Below, piece by piece: positions 20,228 through 29,701 of a stretch of DNA of 64,000 bases. Each line of letters opens with the position of its first letter. The first letter of the stretch is position 1. The position numbers and the translations under genes were made by a program. Below the pieces are notes generated by a model. It saw only the letters and a list, made by a program, of their open reading frames with translations. It was not told the origin of the DNA and made no database searches. The stretch covers positions 130,170-194,169 of the forward strand of contig JAIYAU010000042.1 in assembly GCA_027488865.1 (NCBI GenBank), written 5' to 3'. Source of the stretch: Cytophagaceae bacterium (GTDB lineage Bacteria; Bacteroidota; Bacteroidia; Cytophagales; UBA9547).

Positions 20228-21334
20228 ATGAAAATACCGTTTCTGTCATTTGACGTTATCAATAATCAAATTAAAATAGAAATGCAATTGGCCTATGCCC
20301 GTGTTTTCGAAAGCAATTGGTATATTTTAGGTAACGAGGTCAAAACTTTTGAATCAGATTATGCAAAATTTAATCAAACCAATTATTGTGTAGGAGTGGC
20401 AAATGGCTTGGATGCATTGCACATCGCACTAAAATGTTTGGATGTTGAACCTGGCGATGAAGTAATTGTTCCATCAAACACCTACATCGCAACTGCTTTA
20501 GCCGTGTCATTCGTTGGGGCAAAGGTTGTCTTTATCGAACCAGATATTGCGAGTTATAACTTAGATCCAACTAAGATTGAAGAAAAATTATCTTCAAAAA
20601 CTAAGGCCATCATGCCTGTACATTTGTATGGACAAGCTTGTAAAATGGACGAAATAATGAAAATTGCTCATAAACATAATCTTTATGTGGTGGAAGATAA
20701 TGCACAAGCACATGGAGCTACAAATAAAGGACAACTTACTGGATCATTTGGCGATATTAATGCTACTAGTTTCTATCCTGGCAAAAATCTTGGTGCATTA
20801 GGGGACGCCGGAGGTATTACCACCAACAACAAAGAGCTTTATTTAAAAGCATGCATGTTGAGAAACTACGGTTCTAGTAAGAAGTATTACAATCAAACAA
20901 TTGGTTTTAATTCTCGATTAGACGAACTGCAAGCGGCGTTTTTAAGTGTTAAACTAAGGTATATACAAGAATGGACCTTACAAAGGCAAAATATTGCATT
21001 GATGTACAACCACTTGCTACAAAATATTGGAGATTTAGTGTTGCCTTATGTCCATCCAGAATCCTCGCATGTATTTCATTTATATACCATTCGCACATCT
21101 CAAAGAGATAGTTTACAAAGGCATCTTTCAGCTAATGGAATAGGAACTTTAATCCATTATCCAGTACCACCACATTTACAAGAGGCATATGAATATTTAA
21201 AATTTAAGCCAGGTGATTTTCCAATCGCAGAAGAAATAGCGAATACAACATTAAGTTTGCCTTTATATATTGGTATGAGCGAATCTGAAGTTAACTATGT
21301 TTGTAAGATAATAACCGCTTTTTTTAATAAATAA
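20228..21334 (+). CDS. DegT/DnrJ/EryC1-type PLP-dependent sugar aminotransferase
   Basis: [23 protein letters not shown] (PLP lysine) and LSLPLY motifs. ATG at 20228 lies just after the upstream stop. Confidence 0.85.
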   Translation: MKIPFLSFDVINNQIKIEMQLAYARVFESNWYILGNEVKTFESDYAKFNQTNYCVGVANGLDALHIALKCLDVEPGDEVIVPSNTYIATALAVSFVGAKVVFIEPDIASYNLDPTKIEEKLSSKTKAIMPVHLYGQACKMDEIMKIAHKHNLYVVEDNAQAHGATNKGQLTGSFGDINATSFYPGKNLGALGDAGGITTNNKELYLKACMLRNYGSSKKYYNQTIGFNSRLDELQAAFLSVKLRYIQEWTLQRQNIALMYNHLLQNIGDLVLPYVHPESSHVFHLYTIRTSQRDSLQRHLSANGIGTLIHYPVPPHLQEAYEYLKFKPGDFPIAEEIANTTLSLPLYIGMSESEVNYVCKIITAFFNK

Positions 21335-21335
21335 T

Positions 21336-21473
21336 AAATTAGGTTAATTAAATTGTCTAAATAATTAAATGTTAATCTGAAAAAAGAAATTCGTTATTAT
21401 TATTTGTCAAATCAATAATTTATTTGAATAAAAGTTGGAACATACTTCAAATAAATTAAAATTAACCTAATTT
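21336..21473. repeat. 14-bp perfect inverted repeat pair (AAATTAGGTTAATT) flanking 110 bp upstream of gmd
   Basis: 21336-21349 is the exact reverse complement of 21460-21473. A further palindrome, AACCTAA-TT-TTAGGTT, lies at 21464-21479. Confidence 0.6.
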
Positions 21474-21503
21474 TAGGTTTTGGGTTGTCAATCTTGGTTT
21501 AAA

Positions 21504-22616
21504 TTGAAAAAAGCATTAATTACAGGTGTTACTGGACAAGATGGAGCCTATCTATCAGAGCTATTGCTTCAAAAAGGATATGAGGTTCATGGTATTAAAC
21601 GTAGGAGTTCTATGTTTAACACCCAAAGAATTGATCATTTATATCAAGATAGACATGATATTGATAATAAATTCTTTTTGCACTATGGTGATCTTACCGA
21701 TTCCACTAACATAATCAGAATTGTTCAAGAGGTGCAACCAGATGAAATATATAATCTAGGTGCTATGTCTCATGTAAAGGTTAGTTTTGACAGCCCTGAA
21801 TATGTAGCAAATGTCGACGGTATTGGCACATTGAGAATCCTAGAAGCTGTTAGAATTTTAGGTTTAGCACATAAAACCAAAATATATCAGGCATCTACAT
21901 CTGAATTATACGGTTTGGTACAGCAAGTACCCCAGAACGAAAATACACCGTTTTATCCGCGAAGTCCATATGGAGTAGCCAAGTTATATGCATATTGGAT
22001 CACAATTAATTATCGTGAGGCCTATAACATGTATGCATGTAACGGAATACTTTTTAATCATGAGTCTCCACTAAGAGGCGAGACGTTTGTAACCCGTAAA
22101 ATTACTCGAGGTGTGGCTAAAATAGCGTTAGGACTTGAAGAAGTTTTATATTTGGGTAATCTAAACGCTCAAAGAGATTGGGGACATGCCAAAGATTATG
22201 TAGAAGCTATGTGGCTGGTATTGCAACAGGACAAACCAGAGGATTATGTAATTGCAACGGGAATAACTACCTTTGTAAGGGATTTTGTACGAATGTCATT
22301 TGAAGAATGTGGTATTTTTATCAATTTTGAAGGAGAAGGTGAAAAGGAGTTAGGGCGAGTTGCTGCTTGTAAAAATAAAGATTATCAGCTAGAGATTGGT
22401 AAGGTTGTGGTGCGAGTTGATTCAAACTATTTTCGACCTACTGAAGTAGATTTGTTAATAGGCGATGCAAACAAAGCTTTCACAAAACTTGGATGGAGAC
22501 CAAAATACAATTTAGAAATGCTTATAAAGGAAATGGTGTGTAGTGATTTGAGGACATTTGAAAGTGAGTTATTTTTAAAAAGGGGTGGGCATAAGAACAA
22601 CTTGAGCCAAGATTAA
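21504..22616 (+). CDS. gmd: GDP-mannose 4,6-dehydratase
   Basis: [38 protein letters not shown]. The probable start is the TTG at 21504 (no in-frame ATG nearby; track start is 21480). Confidence 0.9.
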   Translation: MKKALITGVTGQDGAYLSELLLQKGYEVHGIKRRSSMFNTQRIDHLYQDRHDIDNKFFLHYGDLTDSTNIIRIVQEVQPDEIYNLGAMSHVKVSFDSPEYVANVDGIGTLRILEAVRILGLAHKTKIYQASTSELYGLVQQVPQNENTPFYPRSPYGVAKLYAYWITINYREAYNMYACNGILFNHESPLRGETFVTRKITRGVAKIALGLEEVLYLGNLNAQRDWGHAKDYVEAMWLVLQQDKPEDYVIATGITTFVRDFVRMSFEECGIFINFEGEGEKELGRVAACKNKDYQLEIGKVVVRVDSNYFRPTEVDLLIGDANKAFTKLGWRPKYNLEMLIKEMVCSDLRTFESELFLKRGGHKNNLSQD

Positions 22617-22617
22617 A

Positions 22618-23481
22618 ATGAAAAAGAAGTACAAGGATATCGGAGATTGGGATTTGGTAATAAAACCCAAAACAAGACTTTTGGATATTAACTTACTAGA
22701 AGTATGGAAATATAGAGATTTGTTACTTTTGTTTGTTCAGCGAGACATTGTAACAGTTTATCAACAGACCATTTTAGGGCCATTGTGGTTCTTTTTGCAA
22801 CCCATACTTACAGCCTTTACCTATTTTGTTGTTTTTAGTAAAATAGCCAATATTCCTACGGCAGGTATTCCGCAAATGCTATTTTATCTTTCTGGTATCA
22901 CTATTTGGAATTACTTCACTACATGCCTAAGTGGTGCATCTTCTACATTCACGTCCAATGCAGCAATCTTCGGAAAAGTGTACTTTCCAAGGTTGGTGAC
23001 ACCGTTATCCGCATTATTGTCTAATATTATTAAATTTGGAATACAATTATTACCTTTAATAATCATGTATGTTTTTTTTGTAGTTAGAGGTTCAGGCGTA
23101 AGACCTACATTTGAATTATTACTTTTGCCCTTACTTTTGTTCAATGCAGGCTTTCTGGGTATGTCACTCGGCCTTATTGTATCAGCACTTACTACAAAAT
23201 ACCGAGATTTTTCATTCGTAATCACCGTGGTTGTACAATCTCTCATGTATTTGTCAACAGTTATTTACCCACTTTCAAGTGTAGACAACCCTATTATGCA
23301 CAGATGTATCGAGCTTAACCCAATGACTTGGGTCATAGATGCCTTTCGAACTGGCTGTTTTGGCGAGGGGAATGTCAGCTATATGGGCTTGTTGTATGCC
23401 ACTGGAGTCACCGTGGTGATTACATTTGTGGGAATAATCATGTTTAGTAAAACTGAAAAAACCTTTATCGACACCGTTTAA
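22618..23481 (+). CDS. wzm: ABC-2 type polysaccharide export permease
   Basis: 287 aa with about six TM segments. The N-terminal segment RDIVTVYQQTILGPLWFFLQP is typical of Wzm/TagG/KpsM. Confidence 0.8.
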   Translation: MKKKYKDIGDWDLVIKPKTRLLDINLLEVWKYRDLLLLFVQRDIVTVYQQTILGPLWFFLQPILTAFTYFVVFSKIANIPTAGIPQMLFYLSGITIWNYFTTCLSGASSTFTSNAAIFGKVYFPRLVTPLSALLSNIIKFGIQLLPLIIMYVFFVVRGSGVRPTFELLLLPLLLFNAGFLGMSLGLIVSALTTKYRDFSFVITVVVQSLMYLSTVIYPLSSVDNPIMHRCIELNPMTWVIDAFRTGCFGEGNVSYMGLLYATGVTVVITFVGIIMFSKTEKTFIDTV

Positions 23482-24734
23482 TGAGTACTAATACTGTAAT
23501 TTCAGTTGAAAATCTTTCTAAAATGTACCGTTTGGGTCGTGTAAATAGCGGTTCTTTTGGGCATGATGTTAAAAGATGGTGGGCAAGTATAAGAGGCAAA
23601 GAAGATCCCTTTTCCTTGGTAGCTTCTGAAAACGATCGAACTCAAAAAGTTACTGAGAACGAATACGTTTGGGCACTCAAAGATGTGTCTTTTGAAGTAG
23701 AAAAAGGCGAGGTCCTAGGTATTGTAGGTAGAAATGGCGCTGGCAAATCCACCCTCTTAAAATTACTGACAAGAGTAACCTTACCAACTACTGGATCCAT
23801 TAAGGCAAAAGGAAGGATTGCCTCCTTGTTAGAAGTAGGCACAGGCTTTCATCCAGACCTCACTGGTAGAGAAAATATATTTTTGAATGGTGCCATTTTG
23901 GGCATGAGCAAGGCCGAAATAAAAAAAAAGTTTGATGAAATTGTAGATTTTTCTGGCGTAGAAAGATATATTGATACTCCAGTAAAACGTTATAGCTCAG
24001 GTATGTATGTGCGATTGGCCTTTGGTGTAGCAGCACATCTAGAGTCTGAAATTTTGATTATAGATGAGGTATTAGCAGTTGGGGATACCGAGTTTCAAGA
24101 GAAATGTCTAGGCAAAATGAATGATGTCTCCAAAAATGAAGGACGTACCGTAATCTTTGTAAGCCATAACATACCAAGTGTAATTCAATTATGTTCAAAA
24201 ACTATGTATATGGAAAAAGGGAAATTACTTGAAATAGGTAATTCCGAGGACATAATTCAAAAATATGTTTACAATAAAGCTAGTTTGCAATATTTGTGTA
24301 ATGATAATAAAAATATAGAAGCGTATTTTAGAAAGGTTAATGTTGTAAATTTTTCGAATGAGGAAAAGTCTAGTTTTTACTTTGATGAAAATATATTTTT
24401 GCAATTTGTAGTTCAACTACCCACTGCTCTAGCAAGTTTTCAAATTGGGTTAGCATTAATTGATAAATTCAAAAGAAAGGTTTTTACTCATCATTTTAAT
24501 GTCAAGAATATTTTTAATAAAAATAGCATTGAACTGACTTGTCAATTGCCAAAAAATATAATTGCACCCGGTAATTATTCTTTCGATGTAGCTTTGTTTA
24601 TTGAAAATGCAAATTTATATGAATATATTAATGATATATGTGCAATTTGTATTATAGATAATGGAACAATAATGAGTCATAATTCAAGTGATTATGGTTG
24701 CATTGTAGTTCATTGTGATTGGCTATTAAATTAA
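23481..24734 (+). CDS. wzt: Polysaccharide ABC exporter ATPase with a C-terminal extension (Wzt-type)
   Basis: Walker A GRNGAGKST, signature YSSGM, Walker B ILIIDE, plus a beta-rich C-terminal domain of about 160 aa. Its start overlaps the wzm stop. Confidence 0.85.
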   Translation: MSTNTVISVENLSKMYRLGRVNSGSFGHDVKRWWASIRGKEDPFSLVASENDRTQKVTENEYVWALKDVSFEVEKGEVLGIVGRNGAGKSTLLKLLTRVTLPTTGSIKAKGRIASLLEVGTGFHPDLTGRENIFLNGAILGMSKAEIKKKFDEIVDFSGVERYIDTPVKRYSSGMYVRLAFGVAAHLESEILIIDEVLAVGDTEFQEKCLGKMNDVSKNEGRTVIFVSHNIPSVIQLCSKTMYMEKGKLLEIGNSEDIIQKYVYNKASLQYLCNDNKNIEAYFRKVNVVNFSNEEKSSFYFDENIFLQFVVQLPTALASFQIGLALIDKFKRKVFTHHFNVKNIFNKNSIELTCQLPKNIIAPGNYSFDVALFIENANLYEYINDICAICIIDNGTIMSHNSSDYGCIVVHCDWLLN

Positions 24735-24742
24735 GGCGGAAG

Positions 24743-25447
24743 ATGAGATTTAAAAATATAATTACAAAACTTAAATTTATTTTAAATACCTATCACTTAA
24801 TTTATAATGATTATCTATTAAGCGAAAATAATAAAGATCTATCAAATATTTTAGTTGATGAAAGTATATCAAAAAATAGTAAGATTAATACGGTTTTACA
24901 TATTAAAGAAACAGTGGTTTTGGACGGAAAAAATAATTTGTATCCGAATGTAACTTTTTATGGTAATAATCATATTTTAAATACTGAAATTGGTGAATAT
25001 TCTTATTTAGCATTAAATACCATTGTTCATAATTCGGTCATTGGCAGGTATTGTTCGATTGGGCCTAATTGTGTAATAGGATACGGCGATCATATAACAG
25101 ACAAATGTAGCACTTCTCCGATTGTTTATCTCAATCATGATACACTTAGTGAAGATGAAATAAATGAAAGACTGCTAATGTTGAAAAAAAAAGTAGAAAT
25201 AAAGAATGATGTTTGGGTTGGTGCAAATGTTTTTATTAAAAACGGTGTAACAATTGGTAATGGTGCCATAATAGGTGCTGGTGCCGTTGTACTACAGGAT
25301 GTCCCTGATTATTCGGTAGTTGTTGGTGTTCCGGCCAAAATAAAGAAATTCAGATTTACAAAAGAAGTAATTAATGAATTTTTGCATATAAAATGGTGGA
25401 ATTACGAACCCTCTCAATTAAAGAATTTTAAGGATTTGGAATATTAA
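24743..25447 (+). CDS. Left-handed beta-helix (hexapeptide repeat) acetyltransferase
   Basis: IGNGAIIGAGAVVLQDVPDYSVVVGVPAKI hexapeptide repeats. ATG at 24743. Confidence 0.7.
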   Translation: MRFKNIITKLKFILNTYHLIYNDYLLSENNKDLSNILVDESISKNSKINTVLHIKETVVLDGKNNLYPNVTFYGNNHILNTEIGEYSYLALNTIVHNSVIGRYCSIGPNCVIGYGDHITDKCSTSPIVYLNHDTLSEDEINERLLMLKKKVEIKNDVWVGANVFIKNGVTIGNGAIIGAGAVVLQDVPDYSVVVGVPAKIKKFRFTKEVINEFLHIKWWNYEPSQLKNFKDLEY

Positions 25448-26165
25448 AAGTTAAAATGTTTGTGAGGAAAAAGCAAAATACAATTAAGGTAATAAACCAT
25501 TTTTCAGAATTATAAACAGAAATTTTATTCTTATAATCCTTTTATAACATCCTATTTAAATGCTAAAATTATTACAAAAGCAATAATTTCTTAAATATCT
25601 ACATCTAAATTATTAAGCATGACTTAAATATTTGATTTAAAACTCTTAAGAATTTAGCAACAATTTTAAAAATCAAAATGAAGAAATTTAAATAATTTCA
25701 GATTAATTAGGCCAAATATTCCTAACAAAAATTATTTAAATTTTTGTAAATTCCGAAATGGTTTGAACATTATTAATTGAAGATATTGCTTTAGTACTGA
25801 ACTTATCAATAAGAGGTTATTATAAGTTTTTTTAGATATAAATGTGATTTATGGAGCAATGATTATTGGGATTTCTAAAACATATTTGGATAGCAAAATC
25901 AAGCTAGTATTATTAATTCATACCAAGGTTCGAGTGTAGAAACAAATAATAGCTTAAATATGGAATTAGTAGATGCTATTAAAAAGAATATTGAATCCTC
26001 TTATCTTTTATTTACAATTTAAATAAAGAAAAAAGATTTGGTAAATGAATTTTAAATAAACTCAATATCAGTTTCAACAGCTTAAAAAGCATTATATTTC
26101 GATTATGAAAAATTCCTATAGTTGTTCATTAAAAGTAATTTCGTTTTAATTAAAAAATTAATACA

Positions 26166-27299
26166 ATGAAAATACTGTTTGTATGCCATGAGGCAACTTT
26201 AACTGGAGCTCCATTAGTACTTCTAAATTTTCTTAAGTGGTTAAAAAAGGAGAAGCCTGAAGTTGTTTCTAAAATGATTTTACTCGAAAAAGGTGAGCGT
26301 TATGTTGATTTTAAAAATCATGTAAATGAAATTTGGCTTAAGCCGATATTTAATAAAAAGTATTCTAAATGGTTTTATTTATATAAAGCATTGTTGTTGA
26401 AGTTTAATAAAAAAATCTATACCGAATGGGAGAATTATGAAAACAAACTAAAAGCATTTGATCCTGAATTTATTTATTGTAACACAATTTTGTCGATAAC
26501 AGAGGGCATTTATTTAAAAGGTGCACTACCTAACGCTAAATTGATAGCACATATCCATGAATTACCAATTGCAATTGATGTAAATTTACCTGGTTTTAAA
26601 GAAAATATTCCATTTTTTGATAAATTTATTGCGGTGTCGCATTTAGTAAAAAAATCTATGCTTGAAACATATAGCATTTCCGAAAATAAAATAAAGGTAG
26701 TACATGAGTTTGTCGAGCCAATCACATTAAAAATACCTCAAGTTAAAAAACAAAAAACATATTTTAAAGTAGGTGCTGCTGGGACAGTTCATTGGCGAAA
26801 AGGATATGATTTTTTCATTTTAGTAGCTAAAGCATTTATAAATAAATATCCTAGCATTAAAATTAAATTTGAATGGGTAGGTAAGTTAGATTTGCTACAT
26901 GAAAACATTGTAAAAGCGGATTTAGATAAATTAGAGTTGAATGATGTTGTTGAATTCTCGGGTTTAACTAGCGAACCGATTTCTAAATTTTCTGATTTTG
27001 ATATTTTTTTAATGACTTCTAGAGAAGACCCATTTCCGTTGGTTTGTTTAGAAGTGGCTCAATTAGGAAAACCAATTATTTGTTTCGACAAAGGGACCGG
27101 GACTGTCGAATTTGTAAAACAAGGCGGAGGTGTTGTAGTTCCCTATATGGACATTGAATGTGTGATTTTAGAGATTTACAAATATATCAATAATCAAGCA
27201 GCATATCAGAGGGATTCTAAAGAGTCACAACTATTATCTAAAGAATTCGTGTCTAATATAAAAGCTCCTGAAATTTATAATATGTTAAATTCGCTATAA
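26166..27299 (+). CDS. Glycosyltransferase, GT4-like (GT-B fold)
   Basis: MKILFVCHEATLTGAP N-terminus. C-terminal SREDPFPLVCLEVAQLGKPIICF matches the E-x7-E region pattern. Confidence 0.7.
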   Translation: MKILFVCHEATLTGAPLVLLNFLKWLKKEKPEVVSKMILLEKGERYVDFKNHVNEIWLKPIFNKKYSKWFYLYKALLLKFNKKIYTEWENYENKLKAFDPEFIYCNTILSITEGIYLKGALPNAKLIAHIHELPIAIDVNLPGFKENIPFFDKFIAVSHLVKKSMLETYSISENKIKVVHEFVEPITLKIPQVKKQKTYFKVGAAGTVHWRKGYDFFILVAKAFINKYPSIKIKFEWVGKLDLLHENIVKADLDKLELNDVVEFSGLTSEPISKFSDFDIFLMTSREDPFPLVCLEVAQLGKPIICFDKGTGTVEFVKQGGGVVVPYMDIECVILEIYKYINNQAAYQRDSKESQLLSKEFVSNIKAPEIYNMLNSL

Positions 27300-27312
27300 T
27301 AAATTTATCATA

Positions 27313-28179
27313 ATGATATCTGTATTAATATGTAGCTTGAATCCCAAGTTATTATCTGATGTAAAAGAAAACGTTGCAAAAACAATTGGATGCAAATACG
27401 AAATTTTATACTATAATAATTCAATAAAACCCAAAAGTATATTTTGGGTTTATAATAATTTAAAAAAAATAGCCAAAGGGAGTGTGCTATGTTTTTTGCA
27501 CGAAGATGTAGCATTCAATACCAATAATTGGGGTATGGAATTATTGCGAATATTTGATAATACAGAAATTGGTTTGGTTGGTGTTGCGGGCAGTACCTAT
27601 AAATCTACGATTCCGAGTTCTTGGGATTTTAACGAACAATGTTATTTTGTTAATATAATTCAAAACAATAAGGAACGAAATCATTCTGTACATACTATAT
27701 TTGGATATAACGATATTCAAGTGAAAAATGAAGAGCCTGTAGTAACCGTTGATGGGGTTTTAATGGCAATCTCTGCTGATATAAATAAAAAAGTATCATT
27801 TAATCAGAAATTGAGTGGTTTTCATGCGTACGATTCAGATTTGTCTCTAGCAGTTATAGCTCAAAACAAAAAGGTGGTTGTAACCAATTCGATTTTGATT
27901 GAGCACTTTTCAAAAGGGAGTCCAAATAGAGAATGGTTGCAAAATCATATAAAAAACAACAGTTATTGGAAGGCTATTTTGCCTTTGAAAGTACTCAATG
28001 GGCAATATATTCAGCAGAAAGATTATAATCACGACTTTTTAATAGATAGGATTTTTAAACAGAATTTGATAAATTTTGGATTTTCTAAAGTTCAAGTTTA
28101 TTTATATTCAAAACAAATCTTTGATTTTAAAGATCTAATCTTATTTGTAATGAGCAAAATAAAAAGAAAAAATGAATAA
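27313..28179 (+). CDS. GT-A-like glycosyltransferase family protein
   Basis: ISVLICSLNP..., FLHEDVAF (DxD-like) and GLVGVAGS resemble GTA-type glycosyltransferase-like proteins. Confidence 0.45.
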   Translation: MISVLICSLNPKLLSDVKENVAKTIGCKYEILYYNNSIKPKSIFWVYNNLKKIAKGSVLCFLHEDVAFNTNNWGMELLRIFDNTEIGLVGVAGSTYKSTIPSSWDFNEQCYFVNIIQNNKERNHSVHTIFGYNDIQVKNEEPVVTVDGVLMAISADINKKVSFNQKLSGFHAYDSDLSLAVIAQNKKVVVTNSILIEHFSKGSPNREWLQNHIKNNSYWKAILPLKVLNGQYIQQKDYNHDFLIDRIFKQNLINFGFSKVQVYLYSKQIFDFKDLILFVMSKIKRKNE

Positions 28180-29701
28180 AAGTGATTGGTATTTTAATTG
28201 GATTACAAATAATAAATCAGTTATTGTTGTAGTTTTTTTTGTTGCTGCTGTCTACTTTTTTATTAATAATTTCGGAATTGGATTCTATTTTCCAATAACA
28301 GACTGGCATGGTTTTAGACAAACACAAACAGCCATAAGTACATATTATTTAGAAAAAGATGGTTTTGCTATAAACTATATTACACCAGTTTTAGGACCAC
28401 CATGGAGCATTCCATTTGAGTTCCCTACCTATCAATATTTTGTTGTATTATTTCATAAATGGATTCCGTTTTTTGGTCTTGACCAATGCGGTAGAATTGT
28501 TTCACGATTATTTTACTTAGGTGTACTGATTGTAATATATAAGATAGGACGGGAGTTTAAATTCTCTAGTAATAAAATGATATTCGTAATGTCAATCTTA
28601 CTTATTGAGCCAACCTATTTGTTTTGGTCTAGAACATTTATGATAGAGACTACTGTCTTGTTTCTATCTGTTTCCTTTGTATTATTTTTTATTAAATACA
28701 TTCATTCTAATAATATATGGTTTCTTCTTTTGGCTTTGATATTTGGTACCATAGCGGGGCTTACTAAACTAACCACCTTTTTTATCTATTTGGCGACAAT
28801 AAGTATCTATTTTTTTTATTATGTTTTTGTATTAAAAAACAAAACATCAGTAGGTGATTTTGTTCTAAAAGCAATCGTCTTGATTGTTCCAGTTCTAATT
28901 ACAATAGTTTGGGTATATTATACCGACCATTTAAAACTTCAAAATATACAAGGAGAATTCATCACTTCCAAAGGATTAATTAAATGGAATTATGGTACAT
29001 GGGAACAAAAAATTTCATTCAATGTTTGGAAACAAATTTTAGATTATTCGTCAATACCTTTAATATTGGTATTTACTTCGTTGCTTTTTTATAAATTGCT
29101 ATACTGGAAACTTAATTTAGTGCTTACATTTTTGTGGCTATTAGGGCCTTTGGTTTTTACAAATTTATATTTCATACATGATTACTATTCTTGTGCCAAT
29201 AACTTACTTATTGAGTTGAGCATATGCTTGTTTATTTTTAGTATAACGGAAATAAAAATTGTAAAATTGAAGTTTTTTATGCTTATTTTGGTGGTGTCTT
29301 TTTACCTATGCTCACTTGTTATAAACTATAATTTACGTTATAAGGTATGGCAAAATACTTTTGATATTGAAATCAGACCAATAGGAAATAAGTTGAAACG
29401 TCAACTAAATCCGAATCAATCATTAATTATATTTAGTGGTGACTGGGACTCCCGTATTCCATATTATTCAGAACGTAAAGGACTTTTGTGGGGATTTATA
29501 GATATAAAAATTGATTATTTAAAAAAATATCAAAAGGCATTAAAGGAGGATGAGGAATTTGGAGGTATCTTGGTATTAAACAAACTGACAGCAGAGAAAC
29601 AATCTCAAGTAGATGATTTAATAAAATATTTAGGGTATAAGACAATTCCCGAAATTATAGATCTAGAATCAGGTAATAAATATTATTTGTATCAGAAATA
29701 A
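28172..29701 (+). CDS. Polytopic GT-C-like (PMT_2/ArnT-like) membrane glycosyltransferase candidate
   Basis: 509 aa with many TM segments. The first loop contains ITDWHGFRQ and LGPPWSIPFEFPTYQY, resembling GT39/GT83 loop motifs. Confidence 0.5.
   Translation: MNKSDWYFNWITNNKSVIVVVFFVAAVYFFINNFGIGFYFPITDWHGFRQTQTAISTYYLEKDGFAINYITPVLGPPWSIPFEFPTYQYFVVLFHKWIPFFGLDQCGRIVSRLFYLGVLIVIYKIGREFKFSSNKMIFVMSILLIEPTYLFWSRTFMIETTVLFLSVSFVLFFIKYIHSNNIWFLLLALIFGTIAGLTKLTTFFIYLATISIYFFYYVFVLKNKTSVGDFVLKAIVLIVPVLITIVWVYYTDHLKLQNIQGEFITSKGLIKWNYGTWEQKISFNVWKQILDYSSIPLILVFTSLLFYKLLYWKLNLVLTFLWLLGPLVFTNLYFIHDYYSCANNLLIELSICLFIFSITEIKIVKLKFFMLILVVSFYLCSLVINYNLRYKVWQNTFDIEIRPIGNKLKRQLNPNQSLIIFSGDWDSRIPYYSERKGLLWGFIDIKIDYLKKYQKALKEDEEFGGILVLNKLTAEKQSQVDDLIKYLGYKTIPEIIDLESGNKYYLYQK

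Noticed and set aside
21336-21473. Inverted repeats flanking 110 bp, considered as a Bacteroides-style invertible promoter (phase-variation switch) for the export genes.
   Set aside because: I found no TAnnTTTG promoter motif on either strand inside the segment. No recombinase gene is nearby, and the repeats are shorter than typical invertase sites. They are kept only as a possible operator or repeat.
25457-25516. Short ORF MFVRKKQNTIKVINHFSEL, reminiscent of the N-termini of some IS-family transposases; considered as an IS remnant explaining the 718-bp gap.
   Set aside because: It is only 19 codons, with no terminal inverted repeats or further transposase-like sequence in any frame. The evidence is too thin.
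25924-25940. GGTTCGAGT string resembling a tRNA T-loop.
   Set aside because: The flanking bases cannot form a T-stem, and no acceptor or anticodon arms can be drawn. I saw no tRNA elsewhere in the window either.
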